From Candidatus Saliniplasma sp. (GTDB lineage Archaea > Thermoplasmatota > Thermoplasmata > Halarchaeoplasmatales > Halarchaeoplasmataceae): 64,000 nt of DNA. The first letter of the stretch is position 1, and every line of letters begins with the position of its first letter. Below, one piece after another: positions 1-9,234 of this stretch. The notes under the pieces were generated by a model that worked only from the letters and a program-made list of their open reading frames with translations, did no database searches and had not been told where the DNA came from. The position numbers and the translations under genes were made by a program. The DNA lies in contig JAWOGF010000038.1 in assembly GCA_046497075.1 (NCBI GenBank), positions 1,306 to 65,305 on the forward strand, in the 5' to 3' direction.

Positions 1-73
1 TCGGCAAACCAGAATTCACCCCCTAACTAAGATCTTATTTACTCTTATAAAATAAAAAATTCAAAAAAAGGTT

Positions 74-241
74 TTATCCTCTTGTCATTTTAGATCCGCA
101 TTCGGGGCAGGTCTTCTCATAACATGGAACTCCTCTCTGGTGCTCTTCCTCATGGCCGCAGTTAGGACAAACACAGTTCCCTCCTGGACCAAGACCTTTT
201 CCTCCGGGTTGTCTACCCCGACCACCTTGACCTCTAGGCAT
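74..241 (-). CDS. Small CxxC zinc-ribbon protein, 55 aa, of the Gly/Arg-rich MPRGQGG...CVCPNCG...CPECG type. It is not in the ORF track.
   Basis: Reverse-strand translation gives MPRGQGGRGRQPGGKGLGPGGNCVCPNCGHEEEHQRGVPCYEKTCPECGSKMTRG. A GGAGGTGA Shine-Dalgarno-like motif sits directly upstream of the ATG at 241..239. Both CxxC pairs are intact. Small proteins of this type commonly sit next to NifX-like / MinD-ferredoxin genes. Confidence 0.5.
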   Translation of the reverse strand: MPRGQGGRGRQPGGKGLGPGGNCVCPNCGHEEEHQRGVPCYEKTCPECGSKMTRG

Positions 242-261
242 ATCTTCTCACCTCCTTTAGA

Positions 262-954
262 TTATATCTTTACAGTGAATCCCGCACCACACTTTCTGTA
301 CGACTCAGGATACCTATCTTCAATTTTTTTAGCTAAAACAGTACAGTGGCATGGAACCAACAATGGTATATTTTTAGATCTATACAACTCTGCTATCAAT
401 TTTAAATCGTCAAACCCATGATAGCCACCGATAAGGCCTTTGACTTTACCGACTTTAGATGCTTCTTTGATTATCTTTCCTACACCAGGATGACCACATC
501 CCGTCAATACGTAAATACCGTCATCCCCCTCCACGAGAAGTGACTGCTCTTTTACAGCCCTACCTAGCTCCCCAGTAGAATACACCCCCTCAGTTATCTC
601 CGTTCTATCCTTAACAGGTATTATTTCCCCGACTAAATCGAATTTTTTATCGATCCTGTCAACTAGAGAGTCGATAACATAAATTTTGATGTCCTGGTCT
701 TCAAAAGCAGACAAACCACCAAAATGATCCCAGTGTCTATGTGATATGACTATTAGATTTATATCCTTTTTATCTATCCCCAATTGTTCCATATTCTGTG
801 TTAAGATATTTTTATCTTGTCCCACATCAAATAATATCTTTTCTTCCCCGTTTTCAATATAGATAGATAAGCCCCAATCAGGGTATAACCCCTCGTTCAA
901 TGTGCGGCTATCATATAGGATCTTGATGGTTTTTTCTACGCCTTCATTTTTCAT
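262..954 (-). CDS. MBL-fold metallo-hydrolase
   Basis: HRHWDHFGG metal-binding motif. Paralog of the 3896..4552 gene. Confidence 0.7.
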   Translation of the reverse strand: MKNEGVEKTIKILYDSRTLNEGLYPDWGLSIYIENGEEKILFDVGQDKNILTQNMEQLGIDKKDINLIVISHRHWDHFGGLSAFEDQDIKIYVIDSLVDRIDKKFDLVGEIIPVKDRTEITEGVYSTGELGRAVKEQSLLVEGDDGIYVLTGCGHPGVGKIIKEASKVGKVKGLIGGYHGFDDLKLIAELYRSKNIPLLVPCHCTVLAKKIEDRYPESYRKCGAGFTVKI

Positions 955-1146
955 CCTATGTATCTCCTACCTGTACTACTCATATGTGTAAAAGTATAAA
1001 AAGGTGTCGTTTTTCAGACCGATTATATGATAGAGATAACATCTCAAACAGTCCGATCTATCACATCCGCTGCCAATTGATCGTTAAAAAGCCAATGTTT
1101 CGGCTTACCAAAAAATTAAATACGTTCCTTTTATCTACACATATGT

Positions 1147-1995
1147 GTGAACATCATGAAGACATATCTTGACTGCATACCTTGTTTTCTAAGACAGGCA
1201 CTTGAAGCTGCTAGGATGGTAAGCGATGATGAGGATGTCCATAGAAGAGTTATGAACAAAGTATTGGATGAACTAAAAAATAGTTCGCTAGATGATAAAA
1301 AACCCCCGGATATAGCTGATAGAGTACACTATATGGTCAGAAAGGCAGCCGGAGGTGTGGATCCGTATGAAGATCTAAAAAGAGAACAAAATGACTCTGC
1401 ATTAGACATCTATCCACGTTTAAAAGATATAGTCGCCCGATCGGATAACAGATTGTACACTGCAGTCAAACTAACAATAGCCGGAAACATCATAGATATA
1501 GGTCCTGGTCATAAAATTGATATCGAGAAGACCGTTGAAGAGGTATTGGAGAAGGAATTGGTCATAGATAATTACGATAATTTTAGAAGATCAATAGAAA
1601 GCGGGAAAGATATATTCATTTTAGCCGATAATGCCGGTGAGATCGTTTTCGATAAGGTCCTCTTAGAAGAGACGACGGAAAAGAACATCACATTTTTTGT
1701 GAAGAGCGGTCCGATACTTAACGATGCCATGGAAAAGGATGCCAGGTATGTTGGTATCGATGAGTTAGCTGAGGTTGACGTGGTGAGCAACGGTATGCCA
1801 AGCTCCGCACCAAAGAGAGATTCTGAAGAGTTCATAGAAAGGATGAGCGAGGCGGATATGATAATCAGTAAAGGCCAGGGCAATTACGAGGCTCTGAGCG
1901 AAGTAGATACGAACATATTCTTTCTACTCCAGGCTAAATGTCCTGTTATCGCAGACGATATCGGTGTAGATGTAGGTGACCTGATATTGAAATGA
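1147..1995 (+). CDS. DUF89 / ARMT1-like (damage-control phosphatase family) protein
   Basis: N-terminal YLDCIPCFLRQALEAAR motif typical of DUF89; length 282 aa. Confidence 0.65.
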   Translation: MNIMKTYLDCIPCFLRQALEAARMVSDDEDVHRRVMNKVLDELKNSSLDDKKPPDIADRVHYMVRKAAGGVDPYEDLKREQNDSALDIYPRLKDIVARSDNRLYTAVKLTIAGNIIDIGPGHKIDIEKTVEEVLEKELVIDNYDNFRRSIESGKDIFILADNAGEIVFDKVLLEETTEKNITFFVKSGPILNDAMEKDARYVGIDELAEVDVVSNGMPSSAPKRDSEEFIERMSEADMIISKGQGNYEALSEVDTNIFFLLQAKCPVIADDIGVDVGDLILK

Positions 1996-2064
1996 GAACT
2001 CTCAAACAGTAGATCTTATCGTACGTGGGTAAGTACAAGTACAACAATCAACAATCCGCGACTT

Positions 2065-3894
2065 TCATCTCAAAACATCCCGCCATATATGAGACCATAT
2101 ATCTTTGATCGTCGAGGTAGTTTCATTTTGAGCATACTCGACTACCGTCTTCTTTTCCATCTGGGCTTCTGTGAAAACCGTATCATAAGGGATCTCTCCT
2201 AGAACCTCTATATCTCTCTCTTCAGCTATTTCCCGTATACGCCCTGTCATATCTTCGTTAAGGTCCGCTTTGTTTACAATTATTCCCGATTCTATACCAA
2301 AATGGTCTGCCACATCTAATACCCGCCCCATATCATGTATACCAGATACAGTAGGTTCTGTAACTACGAGTGCGTAATCGGAACCGGTTATAGAGGCTAT
2401 CACGGGACAGCCAGTACCAGGTGCGCCGTCTACCAATGAGAGTCCAGTTTTTTCTCCACCTATCTTTTCAGCGTTATCTCGAACGAGGGTGACTAATCTA
2501 CCTGTATTTTCTTCGGCTATACCGAGCTTTGCATGGGACATATCCCCGAACCTGGTCTCAGAGATGAACCATTCGCCGTTGATCGCATCTTCCAGCTCGA
2601 CTGCATCTTCAGGACATACGATATCACATACACCGCAGCCCTCACACTCAAGGGGGTCTATACTGTAAACCACGTTTTCGTCCTTTTCTTCCTTATAGAT
2701 AGCGTCGAACCTGCATTCTTCATAACACATCCCACAGGATGTACACTTCCCTTGTATTATTGTAGCTTCCGAGCCCCCGCTAAAGAGTCCACTTCCTTTG
2801 ACGTCTGGTTCCGTGAGCAGGTGAAGATCGGCAGCGTCAACATCACAATCAGATAGTACTGGGTTTTCAGCAAGGGCCGCAAAAGATGCCATCAGGGACG
2901 TTTTACCCGTTCCTCCTTTACCGCTTATTACGACTAACTCTTTACGGTTGTCTGATGTCTTAGAGGTAGGTAATTGACTCAAGTCGTTGGATTTTATCTT
3001 TTTTCCTCGCTTTTTTACGTCCTTAACAAACTTTACGTCTCGTTCTTCGGTACTAACCTCTAAAATTTTTTCAGTTAATCTTTTGAATAGGTCTCTATAT
3101 TCCTCGAGGCTGTCAACGATTATTTCACCTCTCGAATAGGCTTCAGCGATACTTCTATCGTCCGGGATCTCCCCGATCACCTCCAGATCTTCTTTTTTAC
3201 AGTACTCCTTTAAACTGTCATCCCTGTACTCTGCTCTATTGACCATCACTACGGGCTCTACTCCAATACCCCTGCACATATCTACTGCCAATTTAAGATC
3301 ATTGAGTCCGAAAGGCGTAGGATCTGTTACAAGGATGGCTAGATCGGCTCCAGCTATACTCTCTACAGCAGGACAGGCTGTACCTGGAGGAGCATCTATA
3401 ATATTAATTCCACCTTTAGCCTCGCTTTTTACCGCGTTGATCAATCTAGGAGACATACCTCCTTCACCGGTTTCAAGTGAAGCATACGTGACGTCGACCC
3501 CATCTGAATGACCTTTTTTTAACTCACCTATCTTCTTTTCCCTTTCGATTATAGCATCGGTTGGACAGACTATGGTGCAAGCACCGCATACGTGGCACAA
3601 CTGGGGGAAAAACAGTACTTCGTCATTCACTACCGCTATAGCATTATAACTGCACGCCTCGGCACATTTACCGCAAGTGATGCACTTATCTTCGTCTACA
3701 CCATCTGGAGATGTAAGTGTTATCTCCTTTTTTTGCGATATGCTGGGTTTTAAAAACAGATGTCCATCCGGTTCTTCTACATCACAGTCCAAATAGGTTA
3801 CCTCTCTATCCATCGACGCCAGTGTTCTAGCTAGGTTCGTTGCGATCAAGGTCTTTCCAGTTCCGCCTTTTCCACTTGCTATAACTATATCCAA
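2065..3894 (-). CDS. Tandem-fused MinD/ParA-family P-loop ATPase with inserted 4Fe-4S ferredoxin domains (two MinD-ferredoxin modules in one 609-aa protein)
   Basis: Two GKGGTGKT Walker A motifs (residues ~8 and ~325). Two sets of CxxCxxCxxxCP ferredoxin clusters. Confidence 0.8.
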   Translation of the reverse strand: MDIVIASGKGGTGKTLIATNLARTLASMDREVTYLDCDVEEPDGHLFLKPSISQKKEITLTSPDGVDEDKCITCGKCAEACSYNAIAVVNDEVLFFPQLCHVCGACTIVCPTDAIIEREKKIGELKKGHSDGVDVTYASLETGEGGMSPRLINAVKSEAKGGINIIDAPPGTACPAVESIAGADLAILVTDPTPFGLNDLKLAVDMCRGIGVEPVVMVNRAEYRDDSLKEYCKKEDLEVIGEIPDDRSIAEAYSRGEIIVDSLEEYRDLFKRLTEKILEVSTEERDVKFVKDVKKRGKKIKSNDLSQLPTSKTSDNRKELVVISGKGGTGKTSLMASFAALAENPVLSDCDVDAADLHLLTEPDVKGSGLFSGGSEATIIQGKCTSCGMCYEECRFDAIYKEEKDENVVYSIDPLECEGCGVCDIVCPEDAVELEDAINGEWFISETRFGDMSHAKLGIAEENTGRLVTLVRDNAEKIGGEKTGLSLVDGAPGTGCPVIASITGSDYALVVTEPTVSGIHDMGRVLDVADHFGIESGIIVNKADLNEDMTGRIREIAEERDIEVLGEIPYDTVFTEAQMEKKTVVEYAQNETTSTIKDIWSHIWRDVLR

Positions 3895-3895
3895 A

Positions 3896-4552
3896 TCATT
3901 CTCCTCCTATATCCAATTCTAATCCTGCAAAACAATCCATCGATCTACTAGGATATTTATCCTTGATCCTATCTTTGTATTCGGTGCAGTGACAGGGAAC
4001 TATGAAAGATATATTTTTCAAAGCATCTAAATCCTTGAATCCATGGAATCCCCCTATGACACCTTTTATATCACCATATCTTGAGGCTTCATCCACGATC
4101 CTTGCAAGCCCAGGATGGGCGCAACCTGTTAATAAAATATATCCATCATCCACTTCTATCATCAAGGATTGTTCTTTTATAGATTTGCCGATCTCTCCGG
4201 TAGTGAAGATCTGGTGGGATATTTTCCGCTTCCCTGATACCTCAACCAGACTTCCATATCCCCTAACCTCTTTTTTGAATTGAGTTGAAAAGGACTCCGG
4301 AACGTAGACTTCCATAGATCTATCTAAAATCGAAAATAGGCCACCTGTGTGATCGTGATGTTCGTGGGAGAGAACGATCTTTTTCACTTTACTAACATCT
4401 ACATCCATCTTCTCGATGTTCCTCTTCAATAGATCTCCGTTATCACCAGTATCGAAAAGGATATTTTCTTCTGCTTCGATAAGAGCAGAGAACCCCCAAT
4501 CCGATTCTAGGTCCCTTTTTGCCTCATTATCATACAATACCTTTATCTTCAT
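3896..4552 (-). CDS. MBL-fold metallo-hydrolase. The true start is probably the MKIKVLYDN Met rather than the track's 4600.
   Basis: HEHHDHTGG motif. Paralog of 262..954, with a shared architecture (..LYD..DWGFS..E...ILFD.G..). Confidence 0.7.
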   Translation of the reverse strand: MKIKVLYDNEAKRDLESDWGFSALIEAEENILFDTGDNGDLLKRNIEKMDVDVSKVKKIVLSHEHHDHTGGLFSILDRSMEVYVPESFSTQFKKEVRGYGSLVEVSGKRKISHQIFTTGEIGKSIKEQSLMIEVDDGYILLTGCAHPGLARIVDEASRYGDIKGVIGGFHGFKDLDALKNISFIVPCHCTEYKDRIKDKYPSRSMDCFAGLELDIGGE

Positions 4553-4562
4553 CTTCACTAAA

Positions 4563-5972
4563 TCATCCTTCGATCGGCATGAACGCCTTCTCTGATGCAT
4601 TTACAATTTGATATGCTACCGGGGAAGCAGTCACGGCGGGATGTGTTCCAAGTTGGAAAGTAGCTATATCATCAGCGGTCATCTTTTTCTGAATACAGGC
4701 ACTTATCGTGTTAACGGCCTCACCAGTACTAGGCCCACCTCTTACCTGCCCACCTAATAGCTCTCCATTCCTACTGTTGAAAACTAATTTAACTTTCATT
4801 TTGTGCATACCCGGCATACCTGCAGGATGGCGGTTTGCAGCTTCGGCCTTTCCGACTTTCACTTCAAAACCTTCTTTCCGTGCGGTCTCAGCATCCATAC
4901 CTGCCTTTCCAAATACCGTATCACCTATTATTGTAGAAAACACACCTATGGCACCTGAGTTTTCTCTTATAGTCGAAAAAAGATTAGCACCCACTATCCT
5001 TGCTTCTGTGGTTGCCACCGAAGCAAGCCATAGACCTGTCGTTTTACCGGTAAAGAACGATTTTTTCTTCGTGCAGTCCCCGCAGGCGAATATATCGGGA
5101 TCATTCGTTCTCATATTAGAATCCACAATTATTCCATTTTCTTCGACTTCAAGCCCTGCATTCTCCGCTAGGTCCGTATTCGGTGTAACACCGATCGCTA
5201 AAATCAATGCATCTGCCGGTAATTCCTCTCCATTAGAAAGTTTGATCTTCTCGACCTTTTCGTTTCCAGATATTTCGGTTAATTTCTTTTCAGTGATAAC
5301 ATCCACTCCCCTATCTCTCAGTTTCTCCTCAGCTTCCTTGCAGTATTCTTCATCGAATGCCCGCATAAGACAGTGAGGCATCATCTCTATTATCGTCACA
5401 TTGATATCTCTGTTCTTATTGCATTCATCGGCAAATTCCACTCCAATGAAACCTCCTCCTAGGATAACAAGATCATCGATATCCCCCATTGTTTCCAATA
5501 TGTCGTTCATATGATCTAAATCTTTCTTTATAGAGAATACATTTTTCTTTTCTATGCCCGCGATCGGAGGCGTCAGTGGTTGGGATCCAGTAGCGATAAC
5601 CAGCTTTTTATAAGCAAATTCGTTCTCACCGGTCATTTTTACGACTCTTTCGTTCCTATCTATATCCTCGACTCTATCTATGACCAAATCGATACCGTTA
5701 TTTTCTAAAACTGAGTCAGGTATGAGATTATTCTCCGGCTTATCTACTGTTCCAAATATATATGGTATTCCACATGGGATAAGGACTTGCTCTTCTTTTC
5801 TAATCAGCAATATGTTCTTATCTGGGTAATGTCTCCTTGCAGTTATACCTGTAGTTATTCCCGCAGCACTTCCACCTATAATTATAACATCATATTCTTT
5901 CAATTTAATTCCCCCATCTAATTTTGATAAAATCGATGGTTCAAGGATAATGCTTTCCTTGATCACAAGCAT
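4563..5972 (-). CDS. FAD-dependent pyridine nucleotide-disulfide oxidoreductase (NADH oxidase / CoA-disulfide reductase family)
   Basis: DVIIIGGSAAG FAD-binding site, LIPCGIPY redox-active Cys motif, second dinucleotide site VILGGGFIG, C-terminal dimerisation domain. Confidence 0.75.
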   Translation of the reverse strand: MLVIKESIILEPSILSKLDGGIKLKEYDVIIIGGSAAGITTGITARRHYPDKNILLIRKEEQVLIPCGIPYIFGTVDKPENNLIPDSVLENNGIDLVIDRVEDIDRNERVVKMTGENEFAYKKLVIATGSQPLTPPIAGIEKKNVFSIKKDLDHMNDILETMGDIDDLVILGGGFIGVEFADECNKNRDINVTIIEMMPHCLMRAFDEEYCKEAEEKLRDRGVDVITEKKLTEISGNEKVEKIKLSNGEELPADALILAIGVTPNTDLAENAGLEVEENGIIVDSNMRTNDPDIFACGDCTKKKSFFTGKTTGLWLASVATTEARIVGANLFSTIRENSGAIGVFSTIIGDTVFGKAGMDAETARKEGFEVKVGKAEAANRHPAGMPGMHKMKVKLVFNSRNGELLGGQVRGGPSTGEAVNTISACIQKKMTADDIATFQLGTHPAVTASPVAYQIVNASEKAFMPIEG

Positions 5973-6306
5973 CCGAGACTGAAGTTTTCTGCAACCTTTC
6001 TTTTTCCCACAACTCGATGGATTCTTCTACTGTCCCTTCAGCTCCAGTGTAGACCTCAACGCCCAATTTTTCGAATAAACTCACTGCTCTTTTTCCTAAA
6101 TTACTGCATATCATAACATCAACACCTTTATTAGCTAGCAAGTCTGGAGGATTTCCTTTTCCACCTTTATGTCTACTGTTGTTTGATATGACTTCTACAT
6201 CTTCCCTTTCTGGATCATATATCGTAAAGGTAGGACAGCGTCCAAAATGTTCACCGACCTTTTCATCAAATCCATCTTTTCCCATGGTAGGCAAGGCTAT
6301 CTTCAT
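5941..6306 (-). CDS. Dinitrogenase FeMo-cofactor biosynthesis (NifX/NifB C-terminal) domain protein
   Basis: FGRCPTFTIYD motif; 121 aa. Confidence 0.75.
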   Translation of the reverse strand: MKIALPTMGKDGFDEKVGEHFGRCPTFTIYDPEREDVEVISNNSRHKGGKGNPPDLLANKGVDVMICSNLGKRAVSLFEKLGVEVYTGAEGTVEESIELWEKERLQKTSVSDACDQGKHYP

Positions 6307-6674
6307 CTATTTCTTCCTCCACCAAAATGGCCTTTCACAGTTTTTTCATCTAACTCTTCTAACTCTCCATCCTTTAGTTTATCCACTGCGTCCGATATTT
6401 TACCAGAAGCCTTGTACACCTTTATCCCGGCAGAATTCAATGTTTGGTGTGCATTTGGGCCAACGTTCGATGTTATTACTGCATCCACACCTTTTTCCGA
6501 AAGTGACTGGACCACCTGTGGACCAACGCCATGGGACTTATCCGTATGTTCATTTTCGATGGTTTTAAAATCCATCTCGTCGGTATCAACCATTATAAAA
6601 TAAGGGCATCTACCGAATCTGTCATCTATCTTTGATCCTTCACCCTGACCGCTTGCAGATATCGCTACCTTCAT
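6303..6674 (-). CDS. Dinitrogenase FeMo-cofactor biosynthesis (NifX-like) domain protein, paralog
   Basis: FGRCPYFIMVD motif; 123 aa; overlaps the previous gene by 4 bp. Confidence 0.75.
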   Translation of the reverse strand: MKVAISASGQGEGSKIDDRFGRCPYFIMVDTDEMDFKTIENEHTDKSHGVGPQVVQSLSEKGVDAVITSNVGPNAHQTLNSAGIKVYKASGKISDAVDKLKDGELEELDEKTVKGHFGGGRNR

Positions 6675-6854
6675 ATTTTTTCACCTATTTTTATCTTTTA
6701 CTATATGTCCAAATGGAATTGATATGGTTGAACTCCTGATTGATAAAAGAAAATGCTCTGAAGAGACCTGAACAAATTCCATCTCCTTCATATATATTAC
6801 ACAAATGTGAAGATTTATAAATAGTTTTTGCCACCCAAATAAGATTCGGCATAC

Positions 6855-6872
6855 AAAATGGTTTACCATTTT
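6855..6872. promoter_or_regulatory. 8-2-8 inverted repeat AAAATGGTttACCATTTT, a candidate operator in the divergent promoter region
   Basis: Perfect 8-bp arms read directly from the sequence. It lies about 70 bp upstream of the DtxR-family gene at 6944 and about 180 bp upstream of the NifX-like operon start at 6674. Confidence 0.3.
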
Positions 6873-6943
6873 TTACTGATGGTGAGTATGAATTATCAAA
6901 AACATCCGAAAGATTTTAGACTTGCCGAAAATATGACGGGTCT

Positions 6944-7381
6944 ATGCTTAGGAAAAGAGAAGAGGAGTATATCGAAGCTATCTATGATGTGGTAAAAGAT
7001 AAAGGATACGCCAAGGTAAAAGATATCGCCGAGAGTTTAGAAGTCGGTTTATCGTCTGTCACCGAGATGTTCCAGAAATTGGACAAAAAAGGATACATCG
7101 ATTACAAGAAATACAGTGGAGTGACCTTGACAGATAAAGGCGAAGAAAAATCTATAGAACTCTCAGAAAAGCATAAAGTCCTGAAGGATTTTTTTATTAT
7201 TTTAGGATTGGATGAAGAGATCGCAGATGATGACGCGTGTAAGATCGAACATGTGGCAAGAAGAGAGACCATAGAAAGGTTGACTAAATTCGTTGATTTC
7301 ATTCAAGATCAGAAAGAACCTAAATGGCTTGAGAACTTCAAAAATTATTATGAAAAAGGCGATTTTGAAGAAGGTCAGTGA
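6944..7381 (+). CDS. DtxR/MntR-family metal-dependent transcriptional repressor (no SH3 domain)
   Basis: N-terminal HTH (YAKVKDIAESLEVGLSSVTEM), dimerisation/metal-binding region, 145 aa. Confidence 0.8.
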   Translation: MLRKREEEYIEAIYDVVKDKGYAKVKDIAESLEVGLSSVTEMFQKLDKKGYIDYKKYSGVTLTDKGEEKSIELSEKHKVLKDFFIILGLDEEIADDDACKIEHVARRETIERLTKFVDFIQDQKEPKWLENFKNYYEKGDFEEGQ

Positions 7382-7668
7382 ACTTTTAATCGATAAAAGT
7401 ATAGATTAGCTTTTCATAAAAGTAATGATGGTTAGAAAAGGAAGGGGGGATAACCTGAAAGATATTTATGAAATAACTTTGACTAAAGAGATGGTTAGAA
7501 CCCTAGACCTCGCAAAAAGGTCTGCTGTATCCGCCCTATAGTTCCTAAAATCATCTGCACCCATTTTGATTAAATTCTTCAGATCTCAACTATACTTTCT
7601 ATATATATCACTAAATACAGTTTTTAAAAGCAAAGAGTTTTTACTCTACCTATCTTATCTTCATTTAC

Positions 7669-8622
7669 ATGCAAAATAGGATCGCCTACGGACCTGTCCC
7701 TTCGAGAAGATTGGGTCAGAGTTTAGGCATAAACAACATCCCACCAAAGATCTGCACGTATTCATGCATTTACTGTCAATTGGGTAGGACCCTCAATATC
7801 CAGGTAGAGAGGGGAGAATTCTACACCGTGGATAAGGTAGTTGAAAGTGTAAAAAAGAAGGTGGATAACGCAGTGATTAATGATGAAAACATCGATTATC
7901 TTACCTTCGTACCCGACGGTGAACCTACTTTAGACATCCATCTAGGTGAAGAAATTGAAGCGGTTAAAGAACATGGATACAAGATCGCTGTTATTTCAAA
8001 TGCTTCTTTGATAGGAGACGAAAAGGTTAGAGAAGAACTCTACAAAGCGGATTGGGTATCGTTGAAGATGGATGCGATATCATCTGAGGTCTGGAAGAGG
8101 GTGAACAGACCTCACAAAAATCTAGACCTAGATAGCATAGTTGAAGGTATCTATGAATTCGTTGATGATTATTCCGGTGAATTGAACACTGAAACGATGC
8201 TGTTGAAAGGTTTAAATGATGATACTGAGGAGTTGAAAAAGATAGCTGAGAAGATATCCAAGATAGGTGCGGACAAAAGCTATATCTCCATACCCACACG
8301 ACCACCTGCTGAAAACTGGGTGGAACCTGCCAGTGAGGAAAAGATAACGGAAACGTATCACATATTCAAAGAAACAGGGATAGACGTTGAATATATCATC
8401 GGCTATGAAGGAGACACATTCGCATCATCGGGAGATGTAAAAGAGGACCTTTTGAGCATAACCTCCGTTCATCCTATGAGAAAGAGACAGGTAGAAAAAT
8501 TGCTGTCGAAGTCCGATGACAACTGGAGTTCTGTATATGAGCTGATCGATGATAAAAAATTGATAGAAACAGAATTTAAAGGAGAAAAATTCTATATGAG
8601 AAAATTGGATTGTACGAAATAA
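7669..8622 (+). CDS. Radical SAM protein
   Basis: CTYSCIYC (CxxxCxxC) at residues ~30-37, preceded by GPVPSRRLGQSLGIN. Confidence 0.8.
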   Translation: MQNRIAYGPVPSRRLGQSLGINNIPPKICTYSCIYCQLGRTLNIQVERGEFYTVDKVVESVKKKVDNAVINDENIDYLTFVPDGEPTLDIHLGEEIEAVKEHGYKIAVISNASLIGDEKVREELYKADWVSLKMDAISSEVWKRVNRPHKNLDLDSIVEGIYEFVDDYSGELNTETMLLKGLNDDTEELKKIAEKISKIGADKSYISIPTRPPAENWVEPASEEKITETYHIFKETGIDVEYIIGYEGDTFASSGDVKEDLLSITSVHPMRKRQVEKLLSKSDDNWSSVYELIDDKKLIETEFKGEKFYMRKLDCTK

Positions 8623-8634
8623 CCAGGTTAAAGG

Positions 8635-9234
8635 ATGTCGATTGAAATTGAAAGATGGGAAAGGAAAAAGGGAGCTGGATCTATTCAACGGGCGGGAATA
8701 GATCAAGGAGATACATTACTGGATTTCGGTTCTGGATACGGACATTACTCCATTCCAGGAGCCACAGTTGTAGATAAGAGCGGGACGGTTTATGCAGCTG
8801 ATATAAGGGGGGAACCACTTTCCAAAACGATAGAAAAGACGTCAAAGCACGGATTGACGAATATCAAAAATATCAATACCCCCGAGAGAGAACCTTTAAG
8901 ATTTGAATTCCCGTCCATCGATGACGTTTTTCTCTTTGACATACTCCATTATTTTGAGAAAGATAAAAGGAAAAAACGTTACAGGGAACTCTATAGAGTT
9001 CTAAAACCAGGAGGAAAACTCTTTGTTTATCCGAAACACACTGAGGATGATTTTCCTATGGGTGAACTCAAAGGTTTGAAAAAAGAGGAGGTAGTAGAAG
9101 AGGTATGTGAAGAATGGCTGTCGTTAGACGAAAAAATCTGTAGAAAGACAGCCCATGGCGAAGAGGTTTCGCTTGGAGTTATATTTAAATTTATGAAAAC
9201 AGATGATTTATCTGTGTCAGAGGGGGGGACATGA
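8635..9234 (+). CDS. Class I SAM-dependent methyltransferase
   Basis: LLDFGSGYGHYS motif I and LKPGGKLFV motif. Confidence 0.65.
   Translation: MSIEIERWERKKGAGSIQRAGIDQGDTLLDFGSGYGHYSIPGATVVDKSGTVYAADIRGEPLSKTIEKTSKHGLTNIKNINTPEREPLRFEFPSIDDVFLFDILHYFEKDKRKKRYRELYRVLKPGGKLFVYPKHTEDDFPMGELKGLKKEEVVEEVCEEWLSLDEKICRKTAHGEEVSLGVIFKFMKTDDLSVSEGGT

Noticed and set aside
140-421. Track ORF 140..421 (+)
   Set aside because: It overlaps the better-supported minus-strand CxxC microprotein and the MBL gene. It has no RBS, and its composition is consistent with the antisense of coding sequence.
4708-6603. Plus-strand ORFs antisense to the Nox and NifX-like genes (4708..5376, 6179..6568, 6247..6603)
   Set aside because: They sit opposite confidently assigned minus-strand genes. 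Their Ser/Pro/Phe-rich products are typical antisense artefacts.
6681-6869. 62-aa minus-strand ORF in the DtxR / NifX divergent promoter
   Set aside because: It lies wholly within an AT-rich promoter region containing the candidate operator. It has no RBS and a low-complexity product.
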